Assembly: GCA_030141605.1 (NCBI GenBank)
Contig: JAQGDQ010000245.1
Span: forward strand, 272,098 to 336,097
Length of the DNA stretch: 64,000 nucleotides
Direction of reading: 5' to 3'
Source: Tubiluchus corallicola
Taxonomy: Eukaryota > Animalia > Priapulida
This document shows, piece after piece, positions 1 to 14,000 of the stretch. Both the position numbers and the translations under genes were made by a program. The notes beneath the pieces are model-generated. The model was not told where the DNA came from, made no database searches, and saw only the letters and a list, made by a program, of their open reading frames with translations. How positions within the stretch are numbered: position 1 is the first letter of the stretch; each line of letters begins with the position of its first letter.

Positions 1-3000
1 TGAATCTCCTTTACAGGTTAGAGATGTACTAATGCAATGTGTACACTAAATTTACTAATTTTTACATAATAACAGTCAATATTTATTAATGCTTACATTT
101 TTTTACCAGTTGATCTACTCATGGTAAAAGTATGTCTTACACTTAAACTGTTACTTGCAATTGGTCCAAAAATATCATATAAGGTAAATAAATGTGGATT
201 ACACAAAAGATGTGAGAATTCTGATTTTGTTCTGAAAAAAAATTACTTAGTTTTCACAGGTCAGGATTCAAAGTTTTACATTGCTAATTCTGCTGAAATA
301 TTTTAAAAAGATTGAATACGTATATTTTAGCAAGAATTTCCCATCTTTGCTGTAAGCTTTGAGTGTGGTTATAAGTAATTTACTTATAAGTTACGCATAA
401 GTAATTTCATTATTTAATTTTAATTCAGAGTCTTGAGGATGTGGAGAACCAAAATGATAGGAACAAAGTTCCGGATTCTGCAGCTGGTGATATTATATCC
501 ATTATTCAGGCACTTTTGGATGGAGAGGTATGTATTTCGTAGCTGCATATTCTGTCTTACTACGATATTGCTAGTTCTTATTGTTCCAAACATTGACAGA
601 AAGTACATTTGGGAGAAGGATTCTTGGCTATACTTTTCTTCGAACTGTAATGATCACAGTGCTTTTAAGCTTATGGCTTAAGAAAAGTCAAATCCTAAGT
701 TTGTTCTTTCTTTTCTTTTATACCAGATAAAAATTTGAAACAACTACAGGATTTGCTTACATACAACATTTAGAAGCTGTTTTATACAAATTTAAAACAA
801 GACAGTAAACGATTTTGAAAATTCCAATTGATTATGGAGAGCCGTTGAACCATTTATATGCCTACATTATTTCTTTCTAGTAATAATTTTATAATTTGTG
901 TTCGTATGACCAAGTTAAATGTTAATTTAGGCAATGATATTGGCGTTTCTGTATTTCAGTGTGCTGATCTGCGCTGTGTAGCAGCAGAAGGCACAGCTAA
1001 GCTCATGTTAGCAGGGCGACTAAGTTCAGCTGAATTTTTCTCACATTTGCTACTGCTGTGGTACAATCCTGTGACGGTTGATGACGCAACGTTGAGACAT
1101 TGTCTTGGCTCTTTTTTTCAAGTGTTTTCTTTTGCTAGCAGGTATTTTCATTGGCTGCTCTCTGACTTATTTTTTAAGGAGCCCAATAAATATAGTAGTA
1201 GATAATTTGCTTAAAAGATGTTACTGCCATAGTTTTGCTAGTTAAGGTTGTTAAGTTTCTTCAAAATTAACGCAAATTGATTTACAAAAGACATTGCCAA
1301 CCATATTTTAATTGTTTATTACTGAAAATAATGTAAAAGATTTTTGTATTATAATAACGCCTGAAATAAAGCCTTTTTGCAGAGAATATAATTATTTATG
1401 GCAGTAGTAAGAATATAGTATTACAAATCTACCTTTTTCCACGTACTTATTTATTGCAATGTTAGTGCTAGTTAGCGCTAACTTGCAGGCAAATTTCATA
1501 CCATTTCTTAAAATAAAATTTGAAGTTATAAACATAAGTTTTCATTCTAGTTTCTTGCACTGCAGATTTTCTTTCACGTTTTAAGCAACTATCTCATGCT
1601 GTTTTGTCCTTCCAAGAGCTTTAATGCACGTGTAACTAATTTCAAATGTGTGAATTATTGTTGGTAACCTAGCGCACATATGTTTTTTATTCGCTCAGAA
1701 TGTTCCTAATATAGGGTATTATCTTCAGATGGCAAACATGCAAATTCAATGTGGCATCAGACTGCCAGTAACTGCGCATAATCGCGCATTGATAAAGAAA
1801 TATATGACTGAGCTTAACAGCTTACAATGAAACAGAGACCTGAGTATATAATAGGTTTATGTTACAAGTAGCTCTTTTAGAAGACAATAAGGCAACAAAC
1901 AACAATTTATGTCTTAACTAACGTCAGAACAAAAAAAAACGATTCTTGGTAAATAATATTTATTTTTAAATGAGGAAGCAGGTGGCAAAATCATTGCACC
2001 ATCATGGAAAAAGTGGAGCAACATTAAGCAATAAATTGGCCTTATTTTGCGAGCAATAGTTTGTTTAACACATAACACCTGTTCACAGGGCAAATCAGGA
2101 AATTGTAATGGAGGCCTTCTTGCCTACAGTGCGCACGCTGTTCACGGCACCAGCTTTTAGCCCTCTTTCGGAAGTAAATGAGACAAATGTTGCCGACTTG
2201 ATGATTATTCTGTGTGATGGTAGGCGGCGGGTCAATCCAGCTGAAACTAACGAAGTAAGTGTATTAAAATTGATACCACTTTTCAGCTTTTGTTTTGATC
2301 TATATACTTTTTCGATTTAGTTTCACTTGTTGCAGCAGTTAAAAAATGAAAGCAGAGATTATTTCTTGCTTGTGATACCAGAAATTACACGCTTGTTCTG
2401 CAAAATTAAATGATAAAATAATGACTATGGTATGGGATATTACTACTTCAGCCTCTAAAGTTTGCCATATTTTTGTTTTTGCTGAATGTCCTACAAGTGC
2501 TAAAATAGAAGTACTAACCTAACTGTGTTTTGCACGTCTCGCAAAGGTCAGCAGTTGCAGCTGCACTTTGTAATTCAGCTTGTCGGTTTTTCTCCAGTCT
2601 GTGATGTCTGAGCAGCTCAGGAAGTAGAAAGTTAAAATTGATACCAAATAATTGGCAAAACGTTGATAATAAGACTTTTAAGAAGTAAAATCGCATCATT
2701 TTGGCCATGCATAGAGTTCACACATTTAAGATGTAAGTTCATTATAAAGTTACGTACAGCTTTTTATTTTTTTCTCTTGATACATTCCTTTTTTTACACA
2801 GCTTCGTTTTGATGTATAAAATTGGAATAAAAAAGAAACAAAATTGCTGTTAAGTGAAACAAATAGATTACAAAAGTAAACGCTAATCAATAAGATCTAA
2901 GAACAAGTAAGTAATAAGAACTCTGTTTTAAGCATCACTCCCGTCTCGTTCTCTAATGTCGTAATACTGTTATGCGTTCATGCTGCAGTTTAAGAGCGCA

Positions 3001-6000
3001 GTATGCAGATAGTAAATGGCTTCAGTTATTTTTAGTACATACATTTACAACACATTTTTAGGTAGCTTAATATCCAGTGTTTTGCTCGTTTTTCTGTTCT
3101 TGCTTCGGGGTTTGTATGGTTAACTGTTTACAGTACTGATAAATTACTCGTCTCGTTTCATGTCTTATCTTTAGTTGCTTATCTTCAAGATTAGTGGTGA
3201 GAAACAAATTTAACATATTGATACATACTTTCATCATATTACAATGTATGAATGTTTAAAAAAGAATGCAATGTCAACATCTAGTTTATGTTTGAAATTG
3301 TCTTTGTGTTTTACAGGACAACTTGCACGAAAGGTTGGCTTTGAAAATTGTCAATGAAATACTAAACGATCCAGATTCATTTGGCACACTTACCCTTACC
3401 AAAGCTTTGAATCAGCTTAACATTACTGGTGATAATACCACAATGCTAGAAGATTTGAGAGTCCTTACTGAGGAGATGCTGGATGCAAGTTTCTTACTGA
3501 ATCTGAATTTTTAAGTTGCTATTTTTGTATATTTTGTGCTTTATTAATGATGTTTATTTAGTTAAATGTGCGGGCTTTTTAAAAGCACTGTGAGCGATTT
3601 TCCTGATCATTGCAGGAAATAGTAATAGAAAGAAAACAGTGAACATAGAACTGTGCTGTCAATCACATGCGCATCACCACCCAGTCGAATGGCTTAACAT
3701 TTTCACACCTGTTCAGTATGTGCAGGCATTCAATTAATGTTACTAAGTTACTATTTCACAGGCAACTTCTGGCAAGAAAAGAATTTTAGACAATTCTTTG
3801 TTTTTTTAGTAGCCTAAAGGAATAAAAGTAATTAGTGTAATAAAATTTCCCTAAATTATAAATCCAGAAAGTGCTTTATAGGAGCAGCAGTATCGTGCAA
3901 AGCTGTGTGATGTGTGACCTGGATGTAATGCACTACAAGTTGACAACATAATGATATTTTAGCAAATCAAGTTCTAAATTACTTTAGCAAATTTCGACTG
4001 CTACTGAAATAGGTCTATAATCATAGTAGCACTGCTCATCAAACTCTTGTTAATAAATTAGCACACCGTTGACCAGTTGGAACGAAGAAAGCGATCTTTG
4101 CAAATCCACAGGGTTTAGGTTACTCATCTTTGTTGATGATCATAATTTGATGAAACGTGTATAAAGTTTTCGATTTATAACAACGTAATTATATTCTATG
4201 AACCATATAACTAATGGAGTCGTAGGTAAATCTTTATAAACTTTAGTTTGATAAGTCTCTGTATTAACAAATTAAGACTGGCGTATTCATTGGTGCGCTG
4301 AAATTCAGAAATGTTTTTGCGTAAATAAAACACAATCTGTGTTTTAAACTGATGTAAATGCTTGTAGAATGTATGAACTAACCATTAATATTATATATAG
4401 TGACCATAATAATAACCAGTATTATTACAAAAAATAAAAAAGCCGAGTTTATTAGGAATGCTAGTCAGCCAATTTTTATAAGCAGTGTAGTCATTCTGCT
4501 CGAGGGCAGTTGAATGTGAAACATGGCCACAAGGAGGCAGGGTCAGCGCATGCAAGCAGATCTTTGCAGTACGATATAAAGATTACAATGTACGGGTGAC
4601 ATTTTTTGCAGAGCTACAGTTTTAAGGTGTGCAGCCAGCTGAATTTGAAGTAATAAATTAGCAATATTTGCTTGAGTTATGTACAAGTGTATATTGTTGA
4701 AATTGTTTTTCAGACTGTGAAGAATAAACAGTGTGTTAAACAGCTGGAAAAATTCAATGGCACAATTGAAGCGTTATGCGCAGAAAAGACATTGCAAGAT
4801 GGGGAGAGTCAAAATGAACAGATGGAGATAACTACTGAATGTGAGAAAGTTGGAGGGAGTCAGGTTAGTGAGCTAGGATCCCAACTTGAACAAACAAACT
4901 TGGGAAAAAGTAAAAGTGGAGAAGCAGAAGGAACAATGCTGGATAGTGTCAGTGCTGAGAACGAAATGGTAACTATAAATCTAATAATAAAAACGTACAT
5001 TTTGATCATATTTTTTGGGGAAAAAATTACATTCAAAGCATCTTACCCATGATAAGCCAGAGTTACTAAGTGTAACGGTTTATTTTAAGGAACATTTGGG
5101 ATTACAGCAAATTTGTTGAAGAAAGAAAATTCTGAAAAATTGTACGCTAGTCAGTGAGGTCACCTTCAACAAGTTCGAGTCCCGACTGGTTCTTACTTTT
5201 TTAAAATCTTTTTTCAATAAATTAGCTGCTAGGCTTACTGCTGTTTCACCTAAACCATTAATTTAGTTAATTCTGGCAAATTTGTTTTTTAGGTTGTTAT
5301 AGTGTCCAGTGATTGGCTCATCAATTAATATTGTTTTTTATTGTATTTTTTTATAGCAAGAAAAAGGAGGTGGAGATAGCGAACAAATAAGCTCTGCATC
5401 ACAATTAGCAAACACATCAAGAGCTGTTGGTACATTGTGATTTTAGTAATTGGTTAAAGTATAAAAAAGACTTAGCTAAAAGTGTGATTATATAACGCAA
5501 AATATTCTCTGGTGGTTTTGATTTTTTGGTATTTATTGTAACTTAGTTCCTTGTGTATATGCTGTACATGTTCTGCTGCTGTAAGAAAATGTTTGAATTT
5601 TTTCACTTTTTCATACGTGTGCATGCTTAGACAAATGTACAAGAGAGAATATGAAATGAAAAGTATATTTATTATATTATATGGAACGTAGATATTCTAG
5701 GTGTTTTTTCCTTTGTGTAAGTTTTACAAGAGAGACAGATAATATGTAATGAAAAGTATATTTATTATATTATATGGAACGTAGATATTCTAGGTGTTTT
5801 TCCCTTGTGTAAGTTTATGTAAGTATTCAATAGCTTCACAATTTTATTAGATGAAAATATTTCGACGAGAGAGGAAGATGTTTTTGCATCTCCAGGTTTG
5901 CTCAAACAGCGACCCACAGGACTGAAAAATCTCTGTGTAGATAGTTTTGTGGTGTAAGTACTCATATACGTTTCATTATAGCATATGCTAGATTTACCTG

Positions 6001-7458
6001 CCCACGTTTTCAGACTCTATCACAATCTGTATATAAATACACAACAGCTGTAAAAAAACTCATAATGCTCATCAGATTGGCAGATTGCTTCTATTTTCAT
6101 TTTCTACTTTCTACGCTGCACGAGCATGTACGCAAGACATATTTCAGAAGTCATGTCCTCTTTTGGGCAAGTCTGTTGTGCAATTGCCTTACATTGTACT
6201 TGCTAGTTCTAATACCATTATTTTTCATAGAGCTTGATTTAACTAATTTATTAATAAACATAAGTAAAATACCACGTCACAATACTTAAGTTTATTCGAG
6301 AGTTGATTTAATGTGAAAAATCTTATATTGTCCTTGTTGGGATTAGCATTTAAATGCCTGTAAGTGGTTCATTGGCATTTAGCTATTTTTACTGTTCAGT
6401 AAATGCCTACTTGATGATGTAGTAATTTGTTTATGCTTAAAGTAAACACGAAACATTGTAAGGTAACAGTTGCTTGGTTCAGAATATAAACTAATGAAGG
6501 CATTAGATTCAAGATCAGAGGCATGCTTACATTTTGTCCCTGTTTGCTACATACATGTTAGCTTACGTAAATCTCTATTTTCCCCTTTCTTCTGACAATC
6601 ATACTAGTTTTTTGTTTCAGTAATGAGTTAATTAATTGAAACTTTTAGCTCACAAAAAGAAGTGACAGATGACATTAGACGCAAAGCCAGACGGCGAAAG
6701 AAAATGAAATCCACACGGCCTCAACTCAGCTTCTCCACAGATATACTAACCGAAGTTGATTCCTCTTCTAGGGATGATACAAAAAGGTATTTTTCATTTA
6801 GCTAGATACGTGCATTACTTTTCTTATGTAAATGCAAGTATTCTTACTTCAGAAGCCAACACTATTCAGCGAAAGATCACATAGCAAACTTGATAACTTT
6901 TATGACAAATTACTGATATATAAGCAGTGTGTGGAAGATAATGTGGCCCAGGTGCAAGTCTACTGTTCTTTTTAGTTTTTGATTTGCTTCTAGGAATGGC
7001 CATTGTTACAATAAAGTGTAAATGCACTCAAGGGGAAGGGGTAAGCACTCCAAACACTGGAAATTCGGACCCTTAGACCATCGATACCTCTGCCCTATGG
7101 CCTTGTCATTGTTTGAGCTGTGACCCTTTAGGTTATAACTTAGTCAACTGATAGTGGTTTATTTGGCATCTCTGATATTCTCTGCTATTGTTATTTTATT
7201 TTGGGAATCACTAAGAATATGACTACTAGTTAGTTCATTTTACTTGGACAGTTGACACCTTATAATTATCGATATCACTCATTCAAAATTTTTTTAAAAT
7301 AAAATTGTAAGCTTAAGTCAAGAGATTGTCAAATTTATGGCTTTTATTTTTTCAAAATTGTGACGTTCAGATTCCTGTTTGTTTTTTCTTCTAGTAAGAA
7401 AAGAAGTGCCTCTCAACCGATAACGTCTACAGTTCCAAAAGGTGATATTTTCGACTAA
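1..7458 (+). CDS. NCAPG: Condensin complex subunit 3 (CAP-G), 3' portion; gene starts upstream of the window
   Basis: Phase-consistent exons <1-16, 429-527, 960-1141, 2089-2254, 3317-3484 (GC donor), 4714-4968, 5357-5429, 5851-5953, 6649-6786, 7395-7458 (TAA). Peptides 'CADLRCVAAEGTAKLMLAGRLSS..LLLLWYNPVT..LRHCLGSFF', 'EAFLPTVRTLFTAPAFSPL' and 'HERLALKIVNEIL' match the Cnd3 C-terminal domain. The stop could instead be at 7572 if a 51-nt intron is spliced. Confidence 0.92.
5639..5818. repeat. About 90-bp tandem duplication in an NCAPG intron
   Basis: Two copies of ACAAGAGAGA..ATGAAAAGTATATTTATATTATATGGAACGTAGATATTCTAGGTGTTTT..TTGTGTAAGTTT. Confidence 0.9.
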
Positions 7459-8014
7459 GCGGATTCTTTATTACTGCTTCGTTCAAATGCAGTATTAGTA
7501 AAAAATAGAACTGGAGTATCATCAAGAAATTATCAACTTACTCTGACGCACCACTCTGACAGTTCCAGATGAAAAGACACTTTATGTTCTGTATAAATTA
7601 TGAACGGCCACTTATTGGTAATCATTGGATGAATTAGAAATTAGTAATTATATAGAATGTTGAGAATGCAATAGAATTGCATCTGCATTATTTGGTATCT
7701 TTTTTTATAGTGTAAGCATCTGGTAGCTTTGCTTATCAAGTGAACCTGTTACAACATTTTCTCATGAAAAAAGTACACTACAATGTTAATACAGCAGCAT
7801 AAATTTAAAAAAATCCACTTTATCTATAAACGTTATATTTGTAAACCGAGTTATTTTTAGCACAGTAGTAGAGTATGTAACAAAAAAATTGTAATAATGT
7901 AATTATAGTAATTATACAAACATCAATTTTTAGAAAAGTAACAGCTTTATGTACAAGTGCTGATTTATATGGAAAAACAACATAAATCTCTATACATTCC
8001 TGTATTATATCAAG

Positions 8015-11000
8015 TCACTTTTTCAAGAATTTATTATCCTTATCTGTATTTTCATCACTCTGGCGCTTTTTTGGAGATTTTACAATCCACGTGTCCATCA
8101 AAGTTTGTTGCTTCGGTTTTGACTTCCTGTAATGAAATGGAAAAAACCTGTAGCAGTAGGTAAATAAAGATAAGAATTTGATGCACCATTGCAGTAAGTT
8201 TCCGTTTCAATTGTAAATATACAGTAGAAGTACGTATTAGGATGTGTATATGAAGGTTAGATATACAGCAGTAATGTTAAGATATTTGAATGATGCTATA
8301 TTGTTTATTACTTACATTTCTGGCAGCATTTTAACACACTCTGGTGTTTGGTTTCTTGAATTATTAACAATGGTTGAAACTTTGTGCCATGTGAGCATGT
8401 CAGCATTCGGTCGGCAGAGTGAACAAGCCTTAAAACAAAATACAGAAAGTGAAGGGAAAGTCCTTTTTGACAAGCATCGAGATGGCAATTTGTCATGGTA
8501 TTGAGCTATAATTTGGGACATTTAAATCTCCAACAAAAGTTGGCATTTCTAATTGTCATTTTTAAATTAATTTATTGTAACACTAAAGTGGACTTTTATG
8601 CTTTAAAGTGTAAACTGAATCTTAAGATAGCATTCCAGAAGCAATCTCTTCCATAAGTAATTTGCAGCAAATTTTGTTTTCTAGCTTGAACATGCAGTAT
8701 GGCAAATCTGCAATGACAATATAAAAAACTATACCACAAAAATAACCTAAATAAATATAATTGTACGCCTAACGGTTATTTTTTGTTATACAGTATTGTT
8801 GTTGCAGATTTGTCATACTGCATGTTCAGGCTAGAAAGGAAAATTTGCTGCGAGTTACTCTCCAACAGTAAGCATGAGCTGACTCAGCAATACGTGCAAC
8901 GAATCTTACAAGAGCTTTCAGACTAGTGAGAAAATACTGTCAGCAAAATGGCGAGTTTTGTCATATTTATGATATTGTTCTGGAAAATAAGAAAGCATAC
9001 TTACACTGTTAAAATTGTTCTCGGTGTTTCTAAATACAGTGTAGAGTTTTACAATATTATAATGTCATTTACTATTATTTGTCCTAACAACACACTTTTC
9101 ATGTTGTATGCCTGATCTGTATCAAATTATTGTCTACTCTCAAGCAAGGTTAAACAAAGTTTCCAGGAAGCCACTTGCTGTAGTTTTATTCACCTTGTGA
9201 CTGCGTTCACCTTATCATCGTCGTAATCATCATCATCATCATCATTAATTATTATTGTTATTGCTGTTTTTTGTTTGTTAGATATCCTTTCAATTTTAAA
9301 TTTACAGCAAATTCCGGCTGTTAATTAAAGCAGTCTACAAATGTTGCAACATTCTAATTATCATTTGTAATCTGTTTTTGTTCATTTGGATTCTCATTTT
9401 TCACCTGGATTTTCTTTTCTTTAATATAGTTGGTTGGTTTAAGTTAAAACTGTAAACTTAAAATAAAAATTGTGAGTTTTCTACCTTAATTTTCATCGTG
9501 TTATGTAGTTTTCTTTTGATTTTGCTTTGATATTTGTCATTTTGAAGTCAAACATGATTATTGTATTTCCATTATTACTTCTAGGCAAATTATGCAAATT
9601 TGCTTTTAATAAGATGTAATAAGATTTAACCAGTGTAAATACTATGGCCTGCTGATTTCCATCTTCAAGTCATTTGGTATTCAAAAATAATGTAATTTGT
9701 ATATTTTACAATGCATTTTGCATAGTGTTCATAAATATATGAATAAAAAATATAGCTTTTGTTATCTTAATTAATCATATAAAAATTCTCATGTTTTTAC
9801 TGTGTAATTTCAATATCTATATTGCTTACAGCAGCTAAGAACTATTGCAAGTTATCGCAACAAATAGAGCTTTTCCTGCAAAGTGTCTAGAGTAACTTGC
9901 CGAGGTGCTTATGCTAGACAGCAAATCAACTCGCGGCAACTGGCGGAGAGTTTGCAATTTTTTGCCAACAGCAACTTACAGACAGAAAACTCGCTAGTCT
10001 GTATGCGCTGGTATGATTGTGCAGGGGGCACCTTCTGAAAAATCATGTTAAATAAATGGATTTGGGATAGTGTCACACCTTTTTGTTTGGCACTTCACTG
10101 AAATTCAGCCAGTCTCGCACTTCATCATCTCCGTCAAGTAATGCCGGAATTCTATGATGGACTGAACTGAAACTTGGTGGGGCATCCACCGTTATTACAC
10201 TGTATGAATATAGAGCAGGTCCCTGAAAAACATACAGAAATAAAAAAAAATAATTACTGTTAGTTAGTAGTGATAGTTATCAGTACTCATTTTTGTGTAA
10301 GTGTATATAGAATACAGTCTTTTTATTGTAAATTTCTGTATACTACAGCAGAGACTGAGATTGTTTATTTTGCATCAACACAAATGCAACTCGTACATTA
10401 GAAAACACAGCAATTTCAATAATTTAACAGTTAACAAGAAATAAAATTCTCAGCAAGAAGCAAATTTTGAAATATACTTAACTAAATACAGTAAGTTCTC
10501 GTTTAACGATGCTAGTGCGTTCCAGCAATATGCAACGTTAAGCAAAATGTTAAACGAAGCAAAGACATCCATAGAAAGTAATGTAAATGAATTGAGATAC
10601 ATACCACAGACAAAAACCAATGCAGGTTAAATCATGTAATTTAAACATTTTAGGAGTTTCACTCATATGATTAATTTCTTTCTGCTTGCTTGAAACTACC
10701 TATATATCTTACTTACCATTACCTAGTTATAGCAGATTCTCTTTCGTTAGTGTCAAAGTCTATGCAATGGTTAAACAATAAACACTGCACAGTCAAAGCG
10801 AAGTCCTGGGCGACCTTAGGAATTTTATCTAGATACTTAGTCCGGTTGCTGTAGCAATAGGCTGCATGCACAAAGTTTGCAAGTTTGCCCACAGGTCTTA
10901 CTTGATATGAATGGCTAGCATTTAGTCGGCAGTCGAGAAGAACAAAAACTTATATAATAATTACCCTGTTTGCATTATTAGAACATAATAATGCAACATG

Positions 11001-14000
11001 TGCTGTTTTAAAGCATCAAATTAGTTAAAAATGTTGTTGATAAAATGAAAATTTGCCTTGAGCAAAGCAATAAGATTGTCGTTAAAGTAAAACATGTCGA
11101 TAAGTGAAAAAAGGTGTCAAATGATCAGCGTCACTAAACGGGGAGACGTTAAGCGAAGACTTACTGTACTTAGTTAAATGATTTGTGTTCCATGGCAGTA
11201 AAGAAGCAAAGCTTTTAAAAATGCCCTGACTGTGACATTTCAAGTAATACATACATTTAAAAAAATGAAAGAAGAGGTTGTGAACAAGCAAGGATGAGAA
11301 GAAATGAGATGAGGGAAAGTTGACAACACAACAAAATAGAAATAAAGGGACAATTATGAAAAATTAATAAAGTAAACTAATAATAACAATGTATATTTTT
11401 CAACATCAAAATTAAGAATGCAGAACAATTTTGCGAAGGCTAAAAAAATAGATGCCGCTTAATAGACTCATTTTGAGATGGAAGATTTTTGACCACATTA
11501 ACCTACTAAATCTATTAGCTGCCGGATATAGTATTACTAGTATAAAAGTATAAGACATCACTGTTCAGCTTAGTATGCACCACAGCTAGCTTACTTAGTG
11601 TGGTTTAGTAAGACTGCAAGAGCTTTAAATGTTAGATTTTTATGCTTATTCTCTATTTTCAAAATTAACTCTGTGTTCTTAGTTGCTCTATGCTATTCAG
11701 GTTTGTAAAGTGGCAAAGAATGCTCGTACACTATTGCCACTGCATCGGTGGCATAACAGCAACAGATAATTGTGTATTCTGTGAAAAGTAGCAAGAGCTT
11801 CAAAAGGAAACCATTTGGCATGTGATAAAAAGTTTAGCTTTGGACAATGAGGTAATAGCAGGGGACAAGCGGGTAACAGATTCAAAGCAAAAACTCTACG
11901 CCAGCGTATTAGAACACGATAAGCGTACACGCTTACAAATAGAAAAGTACGTAACAAGAAAAAATGACATGGTAGTAGTAAAAGCTCTTTGATCACACGC
12001 ACGCATGAACACATGCAGATGTGTCTTATTTTAAGTAGTGGCTGAAACAAAACTGTTTGTTAATTATGCAAAGTTATTTGAGTCAATTGATATACCTCAA
12101 TTGAGTCAGTTTTTATGTACCTTTGAAAATGAGCGACCCGCCCCAAACATTTTGAGTCAGTTAAGCAACTGAATCTATTAATCGTGAGTCTAATATACGG
12201 CGTCCACTATGTATTACTTCCCATGCAATCAATGCATAGGTTTATACATACACTTGGAGATTTCCACACATCAAAGATTCCTGCCATCATTAATAGCTGC
12301 CTTCCTGACCAGCCACTTGTTTCATTCCACATTTCTAAGGACTTTTCTTCCATTCTTACGAATCCTGGTTTATTATTGTACGAGTAACAAAAATACGGTT
12401 GAGCAGGTTTCACACCGTGCTGCCATTCGTAGAACCTAAGAACACAAATTCCTTGACTGTCAGTTAAAAATAATTATTTTGCAACTAATTTTGTAACGTA
12501 AATTTAGGGAAAAATAAGCAGCAATATAATTATCATTTTAGTCTCCTGGAATGAGAAAAAATGCACAATACAATGAGTGAATGTTGGTGATAGTAACATA
12601 TTCTACAAACCTGGTCAAAAAGTTCATTTACTGAATATCAGTTGCATCTCAAGTAGACACTACAGGCAAAAAACTGGTAGAAAACAGTTAACTGCTATCA
12701 TGGTAACAATAATTCTGTGCCATACAAGATGCAAGATAATGTAAAACATTCATTATATAATAGATAGTAACATACTTACTGATATTAGAGTCATGCATAA
12801 CTTTTCAATGAAGTTTAAATTTATTTTGTTTTGAAGTAGTAGTTTGAAATCTTACCCATCTGCCACAACAACACAGCGACGTCCATGTGTAAAAGCCCCG
12901 CGGAATGAAGGCTTCTCTAGCATACCTTCAGAGCGACAGTTGCTAAGATTCAGATACTGGTCATCTTTTCCTTTGTACCAGGAGGGAACAAGCGCCCACC
13001 TCATTGGCACTATCACCCTTTCTGATTGATCACCATTACCACCTGGAAAATGTTTGCTTGATGCAATCACTGGCCTGGAAGAAAAACAAAATGCTCAATC
13101 TTTAAATTCCGTGTTATTTGTGACTAAAATTCGAAAGTTTGCCAATTTGATTAAAGCTAATGATAGTCTTAAAATCTCCTCTCACGGTTATTATTTTCCT
13201 CTCTTAAAGTTTTCCATCATTACGCTACTCTATAAGAATAAAGGAAATGACAGAACCGCAAGTAATTGATCACCAAATACAAAGGAGTTATCTCTTAAGA
13301 ACATCCCAGAAGCCAGTTCTCACTTTCAAACATTTAAAACTGAGTAACTTTGTCTTAATTTGTCAACAATGTAGCCATTGTGACGAAAATATGACCCTTA
13401 GACAGCACATAGCCAACTGGTAGCAACTAACAAGCAACATAATAAGTTTGTTAATAAACATCTGTTACATACAAGCCCAGCAGTGCAAAACAAAATTGTA
13501 CATTTGCGGTTCATTAATGGTATAACACAGGTTATCATTTTATTGCAGTAAGACGAAGTACTAACCCACTGTTTGTAGTTTCATAGTTCGAATAAAAGTA
13601 CAAAATAATAAGCAAAGTCTTACCACTTGTTGTTTCATTTAAGATATGTTTTGTTTTAATGGCGAGTGTGCAACATGGATAAAGCAGCTTCTGCATTTTA
13701 TTTATTTATTCTTTTATTTCAGCTTGTAGACCTACATACATACATGCATACATAGTTTTAAGCCATAAAATACAATATACAAAAATATACATACATAAAC
13801 AATTACTGTACATTTTATCGAACGAGTTCACTTACGTATAACATGACGGTGAAATGTTATAAGAAGGTTGATAGTAAGAGCCTGTCCTAGGATTTTCTTT
13901 CCATTGTGGTTGCTTCCATTTTCCTGTTGTCTTATCCCTGTAACTGCAAGCTTGACAAACTTGATTTGGCGACAGAGTACTGAAATCAATCAAAATCTAA

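Noticed and set aside
5140-5195. tRNA gene suggested by the B-box GTTCGAGTCCC
   Set aside because: No cloverleaf or A box; at most a SINE head remnant.
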